Source: Lama guanicoe | Lineage: Eukaryota | Reading direction: 5' to 3' | Length of the DNA stretch: 64,000 nucleotides | NCBI GenBank assembly: GCA_013239625.1 | Contig: MU053594.1 | Span: forward strand, 1,926,127-1,990,126 | In this document: in pieces, positions 51,382-64,000 of the stretch | Position numbering within the stretch: position 1 is the first letter of the stretch | Layout: every line of letters begins with the position of its first letter | Notes under the pieces: generated by a model | What the model saw: only the letters and a program-made list of their open reading frames with translations | What the model was told of the DNA's origin: nothing | Database searches by the model: none | Program-made: the position numbers and the translations under genes

Positions 51382-53989
51382 TAAATATTTATTCTCTCTA
51401 TTGTTCCCGGTTTTCAAGGGGCCCATTCTATATTTTCTTGGCCAGAAAACATATATTAATGACGCACTGCAGACCTGAGCTGACTCTTGTCTTCTGAAGC
51501 CAGGGGAAGGAAATAGTTTTTCACAACTATTAGCTGGACGAGGTAAAGAGTACTTGGCACTTAGGAAGTTTAGAGTTGTGTAGACATAAAACTGCAAAGT
51601 CGTAGGCGAAACTTCTCTACAGGTCAGAGATCAAGAGGTGAAATTTAGTGTTGCAAAAACGAAAGTCACTGGTCTTGGCACTGATTTTGCCTCTTACCCT
51701 TGTAACATTTCGAGTTGTCTGGTGTTGAGGTTAAGTGTTTTTGTGTGGCGAGCGAACAGCAGCTCTCTGATGAGGAGTACACAGTCCCGGGGAAGGTACA
51801 GGAGGACAGGTGTGAGAAAAAATGCTCTTCCCTCAAAAGTAACAGCAGGTCTGCTCAGGGATGTGATCCCTGCCTGTTTGTGTGTTTTATTAACACTTGT
51901 CAGATCACTAGACAGGAAATTTCAGGAGGTTAAGGCTAATGCCTTCTATTAAAAGGCCCACAGTTTTCCACTCTTGCAGCAACAGAGGACGAAGCCCAGA
52001 GGAGTCTTTTGATGCCTTCCTAGGGCTGACTGCCAGCCGGAACTGTTCTAAGGCCTTCCCTCTTTTGTTAATCATTTCTCTTGAACCTTGATGGCTTTTC
52101 CCTCTTGGTGGTGCAAATTTGACTTTTATAAGGATGACTTACTATAATTTGGTTCCTAGAGTTCTATAAAATTATAGGACTAGAAAATGGTTCCCCTTCA
52201 TTCAGCCTATGGAACAGTAAACATTATCCCTTCTTTTAGCATCTTTCAAAGCTCCCTTTAGCTCATTTGGATGAGAGGAATTGAGGCACTTTCCATAAAG
52301 AGGGAGGTAGGTGAGTCACTCGCTGCGAAGACCCGGCTTCCAGACTCTTCTTAGATTTTGCACCAGTTACATGCTTAGCTTGTCATTCTGACATATTTTT
52401 CTACATAGTTCAGCTTTGATACTTTCTGAGAGCAGCATTTAATATCTCCCTGGGAAGAGATAAAAAATTTTACTCCTTTTCCTTTCTAAGGGAAATGCCT
52501 CATCAAGTAGGGGAGGACACTGACTAACCGAAGTCACAATTTTTGTCCCCTTTCGCCCTTGTTTTTAAGACTGTTGTCACTTTGAACCTTCCTGACTCTT
52601 GGCTTATCCCCCAGTTTTTGCCCCATCCTTCAGGGAAGTAGCAGTCTATTATGAAATGTTCACAGCCTAGCTATGAACTTGATCCTAATACATAAAAATA
52701 AGTGAGTTTGCCAACATTAAGATTTTGGCTCCACGTCTCTGAGTATAGTATACCTCTGTAAAAAGATAGTCAGCCCGAACAGAAGGGCATAGTAAGTTGT
52801 GGTAAAGACAGAAGAACACTAAAGTGCTTTCCTGAAAAAATAATGTGTATTTGCAAGGGCCAAAGAGAATGAGGCTCTTTTCTGTTGATGTTTAGCATTT
52901 GAAATAGATGGTATAAAAGGTGACTCGCCCCTGGTTTTCACTAGTCACTCGGGTTTTTCTTCTGAGGCTCAGATTTTCAGAATTTTGTAAAGAAAAAATG
53001 GGGGGTTAAGGTTGACAGCACTGCCCCCACACTGGCGATCAGGAGAGGATTGTGCAAAAAATGTACTCTTCTCTGGAAACTGGACTCCTACAGAACTCAA
53101 TTTAGGGAATGTATTATAAAATAGTCATTGAAATCCAGAGAAGACATATATTTCTGTTTTGAAAATAAAGCCATCCATTAGTTTTCTGTAACCCAAAAGG
53201 GTATTTGTAAAGACTATAAGACACTAATGTCTCTAATGAACTTGGCCTGGAACAGAACCTCTGTTCCTGAACAGCCCCTGTCATTGTATTTAGACAGGAA
53301 GGAAAGAGCTTTCCCGAAAGGTGACACACAATTGAACTTGAGGCCTTGCTAGGGTACTCCCCTTCCCCTTACTCCTCCCCTAAATGTTTCTCGCATTATG
53401 GGTTTGGTTTCTAATCTTATTTTGCTGTGCAAGCTGCAAAAATGTCAGACTTTTCTGACTGTTCCTCTGCCTTCTGATTACCCTTTTAAGCAATGCTGAT
53501 TGCAGGAAATTGCTGTGGTGCAAGGCGGGTGTCACAACACACAGTGATTAGAACCCGCATGTGTCATTCACGGCCTGATTGAAGTAATCACATGGAGGGG
53601 AAGAGCAGATGAGAAACCTGCTAAGTATGCAGAGGGGGCTGTTTCTCATCATTTGAGTTTAAGGGTTTGGAGTTAAAGAATCAAAACTTGTGTGAGTAAG
53701 CCTTATGTTTTCAGTCATTTTTCTTTCTTTCTTTTCTGCTTTTTTATTGAAGTATAGTCAGTTTACAATATCGTGGCAATTTCTGGGGTACAGCATGATG
53801 TTTCAGTCTGAATCGACAAAACTTCTGAGCAGGGTCTGGGTCTCTGAACATTGTTTTCCTAGGGAAAACAAGTTGTTGCTTTTTACTGAACCCAGGTGCC
53901 CCATATGCACACTGTGGAATAGTGGTTGAGCATGTCAAGAAAGATACTAGAATGTAAATAGGATAAACATATGGCAAGAAAATGAGGAA

Positions 53990-54701
53990 AGCCCTAAGAG
54001 CTCAGTCCTGCAAGGCTGCACCCCCCCGCCCCCACGCCCCACTTTCGATGCCAGTTGAAAATCTAGGTTGTCCTCGGGGCTTCTGACTGACCAGCTATGG
54101 ATTGGAAATTCCAGCAACCGCCACCTTGGGTTCAATTAGTTTGCTAGAGTGGCTCCCAGAACTCAGAGAAGCATTTATTTACATTTACCAGTTTATCATA
54201 AAGGATATTTAAAGGATACAAGTGGATACCAGATGGAAGAGATGCATAGGGCAAGGTGTGTGGGAAGGGCTCAGGGTTTGCTCTCTGGGTGTGCCACAGC
54301 CCTCATGTGCTCCTCTACCTGTTCACCAACCCAGAAGCTCTCTGAACCCTGTCCTTTTGGGGTTTTGTGGGGCTTCATTACGTGAGCATCATTGGCCACT
54401 GGTGATGCAACTGTATTGGCCAGTCTCTCTCCCCTGGAGGTTGGAGTCTGGGAGTGGGCAGGGGTTAAGGGATGACAGGACTGAAATTTCCAGTCCTCCG
54501 ATCCTGAAGCTGGTTTCCATAGCAACTAGTCCCCATCCTTAGGTTACCTAGGGGCTTTCCAAAGTCTCCTGATTAACATAACAAAAGATGCCTTCATCAC
54601 TCTCATCACTTAAGAAATTACAAGGGTAATTTTAGGAGCTCTGTACTAGGAATGGGGGTGAAGACCAAACATACATTTCTTGTTATGAATCACAGTATCA
54701 G
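53990..54701 (-). mobile_element. MER21-like LTR
   Basis: Ends gaagaccaaacatacatttcttgttatgaatcacagtatca, reverse complement of a MER21-type start; left boundary approximate. Confidence 0.7.
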
Positions 54702-55040
54702 CACTAAGCTGTTTATATGATTTGGTTGTTCTGGAAAGTATTAGTCTCATTTGGGCAGGGCAGTTTGGGCTAGACACTGTGGTCAGTATAGAAAATGCAG
54801 CTAAATGCTTGAGACTTGGTTTCTTTCTAAAGCATTTCGACCAAACCCATTGTCTTCCTGCCTTCTGTTCTCGTGCTTCCTGTGTGTGGCTGAGCACGGA
54901 AGGGGAGTGGGCTTGTGGCTGCCGTTCACGGGAGGCCTTGGACCATCAGCATCGCTTGAATAAAGAACATTATGAGTCAAGCCCTGTGATAGGCATTGGA
55001 GGCATCTACTAATGATTTCTTATCTCTTTGTCGCCCTCAG

Positions 55041-55163
55041 GCACAGAACCCTGGTATTTCTATTTAATTAATGGATTTCTGAATTTTAATGTAGTGTTTG
55101 CTTTGGCTCTCCTGGTCTTACCACTGACTTCCCTTATGGAATACCTTCTGCAGAGGTTTCATG
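55041..55163 (+). CDS. ALG9: ALG9 exon 9
   Basis: cctcag|GC TEPWYFYLINGFLNFN...QRFH G|gtaagt; 123 nt. Confidence 0.96.
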
Positions 55164-56925
55164 GTAAGTGGCATGATGATGATAGATTTGGGGGAAGAAA
55201 GAGAAGTAACAGTGTATACCAAGAGTCTACTTATTTTATTCTCCATTTTCTTTCTACGGAAATGGTTGGCTTATTGCATTTTCCATCTGTGTTTGTAGAT
55301 TATTTAACCTATGTGAAGATTTCGTTAGTAATTGCAACAGAGGGAGGAGATTTATATTCCTTTAAATGAGAAGTCTGTATAATTTACAGAACCACCTTGC
55401 GAGGCAAAACGTTTGTAAAATCTTGGGAGATAAGCCTATTTCAGTCTTCTGGTTTTGTTTTGTTTTTTTTTTTTAAAGAAGTGTGTGTTAACATGGTAGT
55501 TTGCTAAGCTAATCAGTGCTAGAGGCAAACTTTCTTTGGGAAATCACTTCAACCAAAAATTTGAAAACCAAACCGTGTAGAGATTTCCCCCAAATCTGAT
55601 GCTTGCTGTGTGTTGCCCAGTGCTTCCTCAAGTTGTCATGGCTCTCGATATACAGTGCCCATAGTTTCTTTTGTGGAAGACAGATTTGAGCAGAAATTCC
55701 TGTGAGCTGTGGAAAGAGATTTAATTTCAGACTTTGTAGTCTGATTTGGATGCCATATGATCCCTGCATACCAGTCCCCATCCTGCTTTCGTACTACGTA
55801 CGGTTTATAAAGAGTTCACTGTGTTATAATAAGAGAACAGGAAAGCAGCCTTCAGGGTCACTTTTGTGTTGCTTTAGGACTTTTGTTTTAACATAACCAT
55901 GATGCCATTATCCTAATAAAATTAACAGTGATTCCTTAATATCATCTTATACCCAGGTAATATTCAGATTCCTATATTGTCTGAAAAATAGCTTTCTACA
56001 GTTTTTTAAAAGCAGGATCTAAATAAACAAGAGGCATATACTGAATTTGAGGTTATGTTTCTTTGGTTTTTTTTAGAGATATCCCCCCTCACCTTTTTTC
56101 TCCAAAAGTTTTCTGAAGAATCCAGGTCTTCCATCTTGCATAGTGTCCCACATTTGGATTCAGCTGTTTGTTCCCTTGAAGTATTATCTCACTCCTCCAT
56201 TCCTTGTAGTTCTTAAGGATCACTTTTTCTTTTTTGGAAAAGTAACTTTTTTTCTGACTATAAAAATAATTCATGCTCGTGGAAAATTTAGAAATGCTTG
56301 TGACATAAGTATAAAGACAGTAAAAATAAAATAAAAACAGTATATTGCTGTTATCCAAAGTATGAGTCCAATTTTGACTTAAGAATATGTAATGTACCCA
56401 CGTGTCCATCTACTGGAAAATGAGTACTTTCTGGTTTTTCTTAATATTTTTGTATATTTTATAATAGAAAAAGTACTTTTTTAAAAGAAAAATTATTAAA
56501 AAATAAAAATAATAAAAGAGAAAACATAAAAAAATATAAGTAAGCAGAAAGGATATTTCCCATACATTTTATAGAGGACATTTCAAAAATTTAGGCCATT
56601 TTTAAAAATGTATTTGTTAGCCTTTAAGATACAGAAGAGGAAAAGATTGTTTACTCATAGAAGAATAGATTTTTTTTTATGATTAAGAAAATTCCGACCT
56701 AGAATGTAAAGTTTAAATCTTACATTATAGCCTAAAATATCATGGTAAAATCTTAGAGTGAAAAGTTTGAAAGATAAACTTGTTATTGCAGCTCAGGAAT
56801 TTTTACCCCCGAAGAGTTTCTGCGGAAGCACAGATAACTGAGGAACAGTAACCGAGGCATTGCTACTGTGGGGTCTTCAATGACTGCCTGATCTTTTCAT
56901 CTAAAGTTGGTCATTGTAGACATAA

Positions 56926-56944
56926 TGGACACCAGGGGGCGCTG
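56926..56944 (+). promoter_or_regulatory. CTCF motif in ALG9 intron 9
   Basis: TGGACACCAGGGGGCGCTG versus consensus TGGCCACCAGGGGGCGCTA (17/19). Confidence 0.75.
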
Positions 56945-57769
56945 TCTGCCTACCATTGGCCTGTTTGCTTTGCTCATTATCACTAATACAAGCGCAGTAG
57001 GGGATGCCTTCACTGTGGGTTGCAGGCTTATCTCTCAGTGTTCATATGCCTAACCACAGGAACTTTCCAGCAGGTGCTTGGGTCTTAGTGTTCATTAAAT
57101 TCTTTTCATTCTTTCACATGCTTTAAGTACATCTTGGCTTTAATTTTGAGGTAGAGTGGGTGGGTATTGCAGGAGAGAAGACTTGATCAGTAAGCTCCCT
57201 TTAAGAGTGTTTTTATATTTGCTTTGAAAGAAACTCTTTGTCATTTGTAGCTTGACAGAAACCAGTGATGGGTTTGAGAATCCAACTTTTTCCCCTCCCT
57301 TTGATCTTTAGCTATTTAAACAGGCTAATTGTTGTGTAAGTAAGAAGATTAATGTGTTAAGCAGAACATAGGAATCAAAACACCCAAGAAATGAATTAAT
57401 GTTATGCTTTTGATTAATCTTAGGAAACTTCAGTCTTAGTAGCAGGACTCATTAGAGAGAGAAGGCTTTTTGTCCTTCATCCAGTGTAGAAATAATTAAA
57501 GTTACCTATTCACCTGACTTTCATTTGTATTCTAGCTAAATACAGTATTGTGCCTTTAAATGTTGGATCTCTTGGGAGAGCTAAGGGGTATATCTCTCTT
57601 TCTACTTGACTCCTTTATTGCATCAGAGAAGATGTGAATACAGAAGTTGGAACGTTTTATGGGGGGCCCTAGAACATACTCCCAAGTTTGAGATCAAGAG
57701 AACGTTGAAACTAAACAGGATGTTTTGTTCTAATATGGTGAAAAGTGGATCTTTTTCTGTGTCTTACAG

Positions 57770-57924
57770 TTCAGAATTTAGGCCACCCATATTGGCTTAC
57801 CTTGGCTCCAATGTATATTTGGTTTATAATTTTCTTCATCCAGCCTCACAAAGAGGAGAGATTTCTTTTCCCTGTATATCCACTTATCTGCCTTTGTGGC
57901 GCTGTGGCCCTTTCTGCACTTCAG
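57770..57924 (+). CDS. ALG9: ALG9 exon 10
   Basis: ttacag|TT QNLGHPYW...QPHKEERFLFPVYP...SALQ|gtgagt; 155 nt. Confidence 0.97.
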
Positions 57925-58489
57925 GTGAGTTTCAGGGAAATGTATATTGGTTTTGTTCTGTTTCACTTTATAAATCGTTCATAAAGCTTAAAGGCAGATT
58001 ACAGAATACCTCCACCTAAGGTATTTTATCTGCACATTAGACCCGGTACAGATCATCTTATTAAAGGTTATGTATTGATTGCTTAGCTGTTGATCTTACA
58101 GGTATTTGCTGATTACATATTTGCAGTGTTAATTTGTGCGTCATTTTGTCTCTGTTGTCAATGAGAATCCAATTGCTATGAAGGAAATCTTTTCAAGTCA
58201 TTGTGTTGGCTGAGCACAGAAGGATGGCCCCACAGCAGAATTAATAGAATGCCTGCTCTTCAACTATGAGGCCTGAATAAAGCTCGCTCAGTGTTTGGGG
58301 GAACATCAGGCAGTTGGCAATATGGGACAGTACATTTGTAATCCTGGCTTAGAACCTGTCCAAGTCAATTCCCTGTCAGAACTAATCTTGAATGTCTTGG
58401 TATTTATGGCCCCAGAAGCCCCAGACTCTTTTTTTTTTTTAACGTGTGCTACCATTTGCAATTGGGAGAAAAAAAATAACAAGGTGGTA

Positions 58490-58820
58490 AGTTTTTTTAT
58501 AACACATTTATGGAGATATCATTCACAAACCATATAATTTACCCATTTAAAGTGTTCAGTACAGTGGCTTTTAGGATATTCACAGATCTGTGTAACCATC
58601 ACTGCAGTCAATTTTAGAACAATTTCATCACCTCAAAAACCCTTTACCCTTTAGCTCCTTTCCCATATCTCCTCAGCCATAAGCAACAACTCATCTACTT
58701 TCTGTCTCTAGACTTGCCTATGCTGGGCATTTCATATAAATGAAATCATAAAATATGTGTGTCTTTTTGTGACTGGCTTTTTTCACTTAACATAGTGTTT
58801 CAAAGACTCATCCATGTTAG
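58490..58820 (-). mobile_element. Old L1 3' fragment
   Basis: accatataatttacccatttaaagtg...ttcatataaatgaaatcata. Confidence 0.7.
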
Positions 58821-59955
58821 GATGATAGTTTCAAAAAGTAATTTTAATTATGAAAGTAATTGAACTTCAATGCAGATAATTTTTCTTCTACCACTTTGTA
58901 AATCAGTCCTATGATCCTTAACAAAACCTCCTAGCATTTTTGCCTAGCATATATCAAAATTTATTGTGGTTGTAACCTAAGTGTTTATATAACTTTATAT
59001 CCCTTTTAATATAATAATATCATAATGTTCTCTATGTTGCCTATATATCTATACCCATCATTTTAACAGCAGTGTAATGTTCTGAGTTGGATATAATATA
59101 TAACATTATATAACATGTAATATATTGAATTGGTTATATATAATGATTAGATACAATTTATGTTAGAGTTTAGGTTGCTCACTTATTACAGTATTATAAA
59201 TAACATAGGATAAATATCTTTGTTTAGGTATTTGGATTGTTTCCTTAGGAGAGATTCCAAAAAATTTGAAAGTTCAGACGTATTTATGGCACTTGATACA
59301 TATTGCAAAATTGCTTTCCTAAAGTAGTTCTAATCTAGGAGGAAAAAAAGGAAAGAAAGAAATCTCACGGAAAGGTGTTCAAAGACTGCAGAATTCATGC
59401 AGGGGTATATGTTGTAATCATATTTATCTAGTTTGTGAAGTAGTTTAGCAGATAATTAACAGCAATTTCCTAATGTTCTATGAGAGAAATTCTTTTTTCT
59501 TCTTGTTTGGTCATGAGACATTTTGTTGATACTAAAAACTTTGATGAAAACTTGTCAATAAGGAAAGTGAAGGTTAATATTAGTTATGTCAAAATAGATT
59601 GAGAAACTATAATATCAAAAAACTACCAAAAAGCCATTTCTGTTTAAATATTTGAAAAAATAAATTATTAAGACTTTAAGCACTAGAGAAATATTCAAAT
59701 AATTTTTCTATGAAGCTAGTGAGATTTTATTCTTGGCAATCCCTCTGGCTTGGCTGATCTGTGGACAGTTTAGCCGAGCTTGCTTTAATCTGGAATTTGG
59801 AGTGGGTACCTCACTAAGTATTTGCAAATTCTCGGACCCTTGATAGAGCCTCTTTTGCTGCTTCCTCCACTCTTAGTGTTCCTATGATGTCTTATGATTG
59901 TGTGTATTCTGCAAGGTGTATCTTCTCTTTTCAATACAGTTTTCTTTCCTTCTAG

Positions 59956-60085
59956 AAATGCTACCACTTCGTGTTTCAGCGGTACCGCCTGGAGCATTAC
60001 ACTGTGACATCCAACTGGCTGGCGCTAGGAACACTTTTCCTGTTTGGGCTCTTATCTTTTTCCCGCTCTGTGGCACTGTTCAGAG
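59956..60085 (+). CDS. ALG9: ALG9 exon 11
   Basis: ttctag|KCYHFVFQRYRLEHY...SRSVALFR G|gtaggt; 130 nt. Confidence 0.94.
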
Positions 60086-60649
60086 GTAGGTGTCTTAAGT
60101 TACACTTATAAGGCACTTCATCTTGGGTTTTGCTTGATATGTGATTGTTTAATACAATTCAGCTTAAGCTGAGGGGTGGTGGGGAGGACTTTTCCATAGG
60201 GAGAACCTGTGGGCTTCATATTATTACTTAGGATTGACGAGATGATTGAGAATTCCTTTTAGTGTGATTAACTATAACTTTTTTCTCTATTCTTACTGAT
60301 TTTTCTTCCTTTTAAAAGGATGCTTTTTCCTTTCTAAGGATGAACTATTAAGGAAGCCTTAAACTTGGGGTGCTAATTTGGGGTTCAAGTCTCATGATTA
60401 TATTCTTCCTTATAATCATTATTTGGATCCAGAATATTAAAATGTGCTCAAAGAGCATGAAAATTAAAAGGTGGCAGGGTGTAGAAGGGCAAGAAAGCAA
60501 ATGATTTTTGGCAAAAATAGGGCTTCTGCTATAACCATCTTCCTAACTGCAGAGACATTTTACACAGTAGAAGGACATTAACTTGCATTATAATTAAATG
60601 TCAGAATCTTGTTTCATCTTTGGCTTTCACAAACTTTTCTCCCCTCCAG

Positions 60650-60797
60650 GGTATCATGGGCCCCTTGATCTGTATCCAGAATTTTACCGAATTGCCACAG
60701 ACCCAACCATCCACACTGTCCCAGAAGGCCGACCTGTTAATGTTTGTGTAGGAAAAGAGTGGTACCGATTTCCCAGCAGCTTCCTTCTGCCCGATAA
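60650..60797 (+). CDS. ALG9: ALG9 exon 12
   Basis: ctccag|GG YHGPLDLY...VCVGKEWYRFPSSFLLPD AA|gtaagt; 148 nt. Confidence 0.96.
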
Positions 60798-61956
60798 GTA
60801 AGTTGCCCTTTAATTCTCAAAGTTTTAAATCAGAAAGTAAAAATAGCAATTCTATGGCAGTGTCTTCTTAATTTTTCTTTACTTTAGATTTTTCACAAGT
60901 TTTTGAATAATTCACCATCTCAGAGAGCTGTGGGAACTGCGCTGTGCACCCACGGCCGGCATTTGCTAGACTGAGCGCTGTGTCTGGCAGTGCACCCTGC
61001 ACCGTCCTTAGCCGCAGGCGTCTGGAGACTCCTGAAAACACCTCGGCCCTGGGCTTCTGTTAGTGGCTCTCCTTGAGGATTCATATTCACATTTTTATAA
61101 TGAACTGATATTAGTCAACTTCTTAAAGTGGTTTAGAAACTCTAGGTAGAAGAGTATTTTTAGAGAAGAGATGTTTGTCATCCAGCAACAGTGAAGGTTC
61201 TCTGCCAATGTAGGGACTCTGGGGAAGCTGTGGTCAAGACAGCCGTTCCTCTGTCCCTCATACTGTCTGTTGTTGGATGTAGCAGCACAGGCTCTGAAGC
61301 TCCTTTGCATTTGCTGCTTTCGGGCAGAGAAGAGTCCTATTTAGTGAAGAGAGAAGTCACGTTCAGATGAGTCACGTTGCTCCATTTGGGGACCGGCTTC
61401 AGCAGTTTAGCTGGTGATAGTATCTTTTGCTTGATAAAGATCCTGTATCAGTCATTAATGATTAATTAAAACTTGTTTTTTAAGTGTTAACTTTAGCCTT
61501 TGCCTTTTACATTTGAAGTAAGTTTCATAACTAAAGATACTTTTGAGGATTACTCGGGAGCGAAGGTCTCCCACAGTGAGTTCTTACATTTTACTCTTCT
61601 CTCTATACACCTGATGAGTTTGCTTTAATTTTAATGAGACCCTCTGATCACGTGGTAATTGGCAGTAAACGTTGAATTTCTCCGGTGATTTGATGGTATG
61701 AACACTATTGCAGATTTCACTGCTGAGAGTTGGTGACACGGGTTGAGAGTCGTCTAGTTGAAAATGTCTCAGCGATTTTGGACCGAATTGTGACCTCTGT
61801 CTCTGTGCTCCCTGGTTGAGGTTTTAGCAGAAATGCTTTTCCCCAAGTGAAATGTTTTCCACAGAAACAAATTTTTTTTGCTTGTGTATTTCAAGTACGT
61901 TTAGCAACATGAGCCCCCTGTGTTTTCCTTATTCTCCTTATTTGTGTTTCTGACAG

Positions 61957-62086
61957 TTGGCAGCTTCAGTTCATTCCATCAGAGTTCAGAGGCCAGTTAC
62001 CAAAACCTTTTGTGGAGGGACCACTGGCCACCCGGATTGTTCCTACTGACATGAATGACCAGAACCTAGAGGAACCATCCAGATAT
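61957..62086 (+). CDS. ALG9: ALG9 exon 13 (gene continues beyond the window)
   Basis: tgacag|T WQLQFIPSEFRGQLPKPF...EEPSRY|gtaagg; cumulative 1581 nt (527 codons), no stop. Confidence 0.95.
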
Positions 62087-63269
62087 GTAAGGGCAATATT
62101 CTCTTTATTTACTACTCTGAAAAGAGTTCTACCCTTAAAATCTGTTGGCATTCATATCACAGCATTGATGAGATGGGCATTTTTTAGAAAGTGATTTTTT
62201 TTCAGGGTGAGGGATATAGCAGCTTTTGTTGAGAAAGAATGAACAGTATCATTTCTATTTTCAAATGACCGCCTTTGTTTTCTATATAAAATACATAATT
62301 AAATATGTTTTGTAAGCTGGGCTAGAAATTTTCTTATGTTTAATTTGAATCATCATTTTGAAACACATTCTGAAACTCTTATCACTCCTTGGTCCATTAA
62401 AATACTTGGTGTGGAACTTTCAAGTTATCAGTAGACCTTTGACCTATTGGTATATTCTGGTTTGAGCGAATGGACCTTCAGTGAAGGCTGTTCTCATAGT
62501 GAATCCCTGAAGCAGTCTGTGTCAGGGCTGTGCTCTTCTGCCCACTCATCTTTACGCACCCTGAGACCCCACGTGGGTTTTATTTCAGTTCCTTAGAAGG
62601 ATGACACTTTCGCCATTTGACACCTGTAAAATCTTTGATTGTGGAAAAAAGTGAAAGCAATAAACAGAATGTTCCTTTTCCCAGAGACAGTAAAGGATTA
62701 TTTTATATAATTATTAGAAAGCACATTTTTTGGCAACCTGTCTGTTAAAGAAACATTTAACAGTTTAAATGTCAAATACATTTTGTTCAGATTTTCTTAT
62801 GTCATATTTCACTTAAAATGTGAAATACTGGGACTTCCAGTTGTCTTCCTAAGCAAACCTACAGCCACGTCTGGCCTTTTGTCTCCCAGACTAGGGCAGG
62901 TCAGATTTCTATGAAGACCCCTCAAGGTTATGAGTGAGATTCATACTGTGTGTGCTTTAGCTTATGAGCTATGTATGTAGTCGTGAAATACATATTTGGC
63001 TTGGCCCCTAGACAAGGTAAGAGATGTGTTCCCCTAAGTGGCTTATATTGGAGCTTCCTTCTGATTCCTGTAACTATGAAAATACCCCTGGGCAGGATAA
63101 GCTGTTGTTGGTCATTTTCATTTTAGCTGCACGTAGCTCCCGAGAGCAGGCTTTGCTGTACAGGGGACCACCTTGGGGACACTAGATAGTCAAAAGGGTA
63201 GGACAATATGCTATGATGGGGCAAGATATAAATTCAGAGTGATGTTGTCACGGCTGTTTTGGGAAGAGC

Positions 63270-63520
63270 AAGTCTAGGGTGGTTAAAAAAAGCATGGACT
63301 TTGGAGACAAGTAGACCTGGGTCCTCATCCCAACTCTGTTGGTGACCTTGGGCAAATTACTTAACACCTCTCTGTAACTAATTTCAGTTTCTATCTATGA
63401 AGTAAGAATAATGGTACCTACTTTGGAAGAAATAATATGAGATTGGATGTTATATCTCTCTGTCGTATTTAGCATAGTGTCTGGTACATAGATTTTCTCA
63501 CAAATATTCTTAATTTGATA
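63270..63520 (+). mobile_element. MIR SINE
   Basis: gtggttaa...gcatggactttggag...gaccttgggcaaattacttaac. Confidence 0.75.
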
Positions 63521-64000
63521 ATGGTGTTTTTGATAGATTAGAGGTAAAGGAACCCCTAAGAGGATTTATAATCTGCCCAAATCTCTCTCTCCTTCGTTAA
63601 TTTTATTGTTCCCCAACCTAATTTTTATTACAGTCCTTCCAGACTCATTGTTGCTCTTTCTGTCCCTGTGACTTTGCTTATCTTGGTGACTGTGCCTGGA
63701 CTTCCCTTGTCTACCTTCTTATACTGTCAAAACTCTTCCCCTAGGAAGTCTCTCCCAACTATTTAAGTCCATAGTGAGCAGTTCTTCTCTAAATGCCTTA
63801 CATGTTTATCTGCATAGCTCCTTTAGCCATCTAATTCTGTTCTCTTATGTGATTTAAATGTTTCTGATATGGATGTCATATTTTCCCCTGTGAGATTGTG
63901 AGTGCTACGGGGAGAATGCCTGCCCCTTATTTCTTTTGTATTCACCAGGGCGTTCAGGGTAGTGCTGCATATCTAGTCGTTAGCTTGTATGTGCCTCCTG

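Noticed and set aside
59090..59150. Quasi-palindromic TA-rich stretch
   Set aside because: Low-complexity AT sequence within decayed L1

Overview
Mammalian genomic DNA, most likely a camelid (it carries tRNA-Ala-derived Vic-1-type SINEs), syntenic to human 11q23.1. Gene order: C11orf52 (-, 4 coding exons, 125 aa), HSPB2 (-, 2 exons, 182 aa) head-to-head with CRYAB (+, 3 exons, 175 aa), CFAP68/C11orf1 (-, 4 exons, 170 aa) head-to-head with FDXACB1 (+, 5 exons, 623 aa), then ALG9 (+, exons 1-13, truncated by the window end). I assembled all exon chains by hand: each uses GT-AG junctions and is in frame. The rest is ordinary repeat-rich intron and intergenic DNA (L1, L2, L3, MIR, LTR, hAT/Tigger, SINE). 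There is no CRISPR-like or prokaryotic system. The most interesting signals are: (1) two potential in-frame read-through chimeras, FDXACB1 exons 1-4 spliced to an acceptor 7 nt before the ALG9 ATG, and HSPB2 exon 1 + a 67-nt cassette exon + C11orf52 exons 2-4; (2) a perfect six-unit heat-shock element in CRYAB intron 2; (3) an ITIM/ITSM-like, lipid-anchored architecture of C11orf52; (4) several local duplications and a possibly chimeric retro-insertion. Comparisons with human and mouse are from memory and need checking. Repeat boundaries are approximate unless termini or TSDs are quoted.
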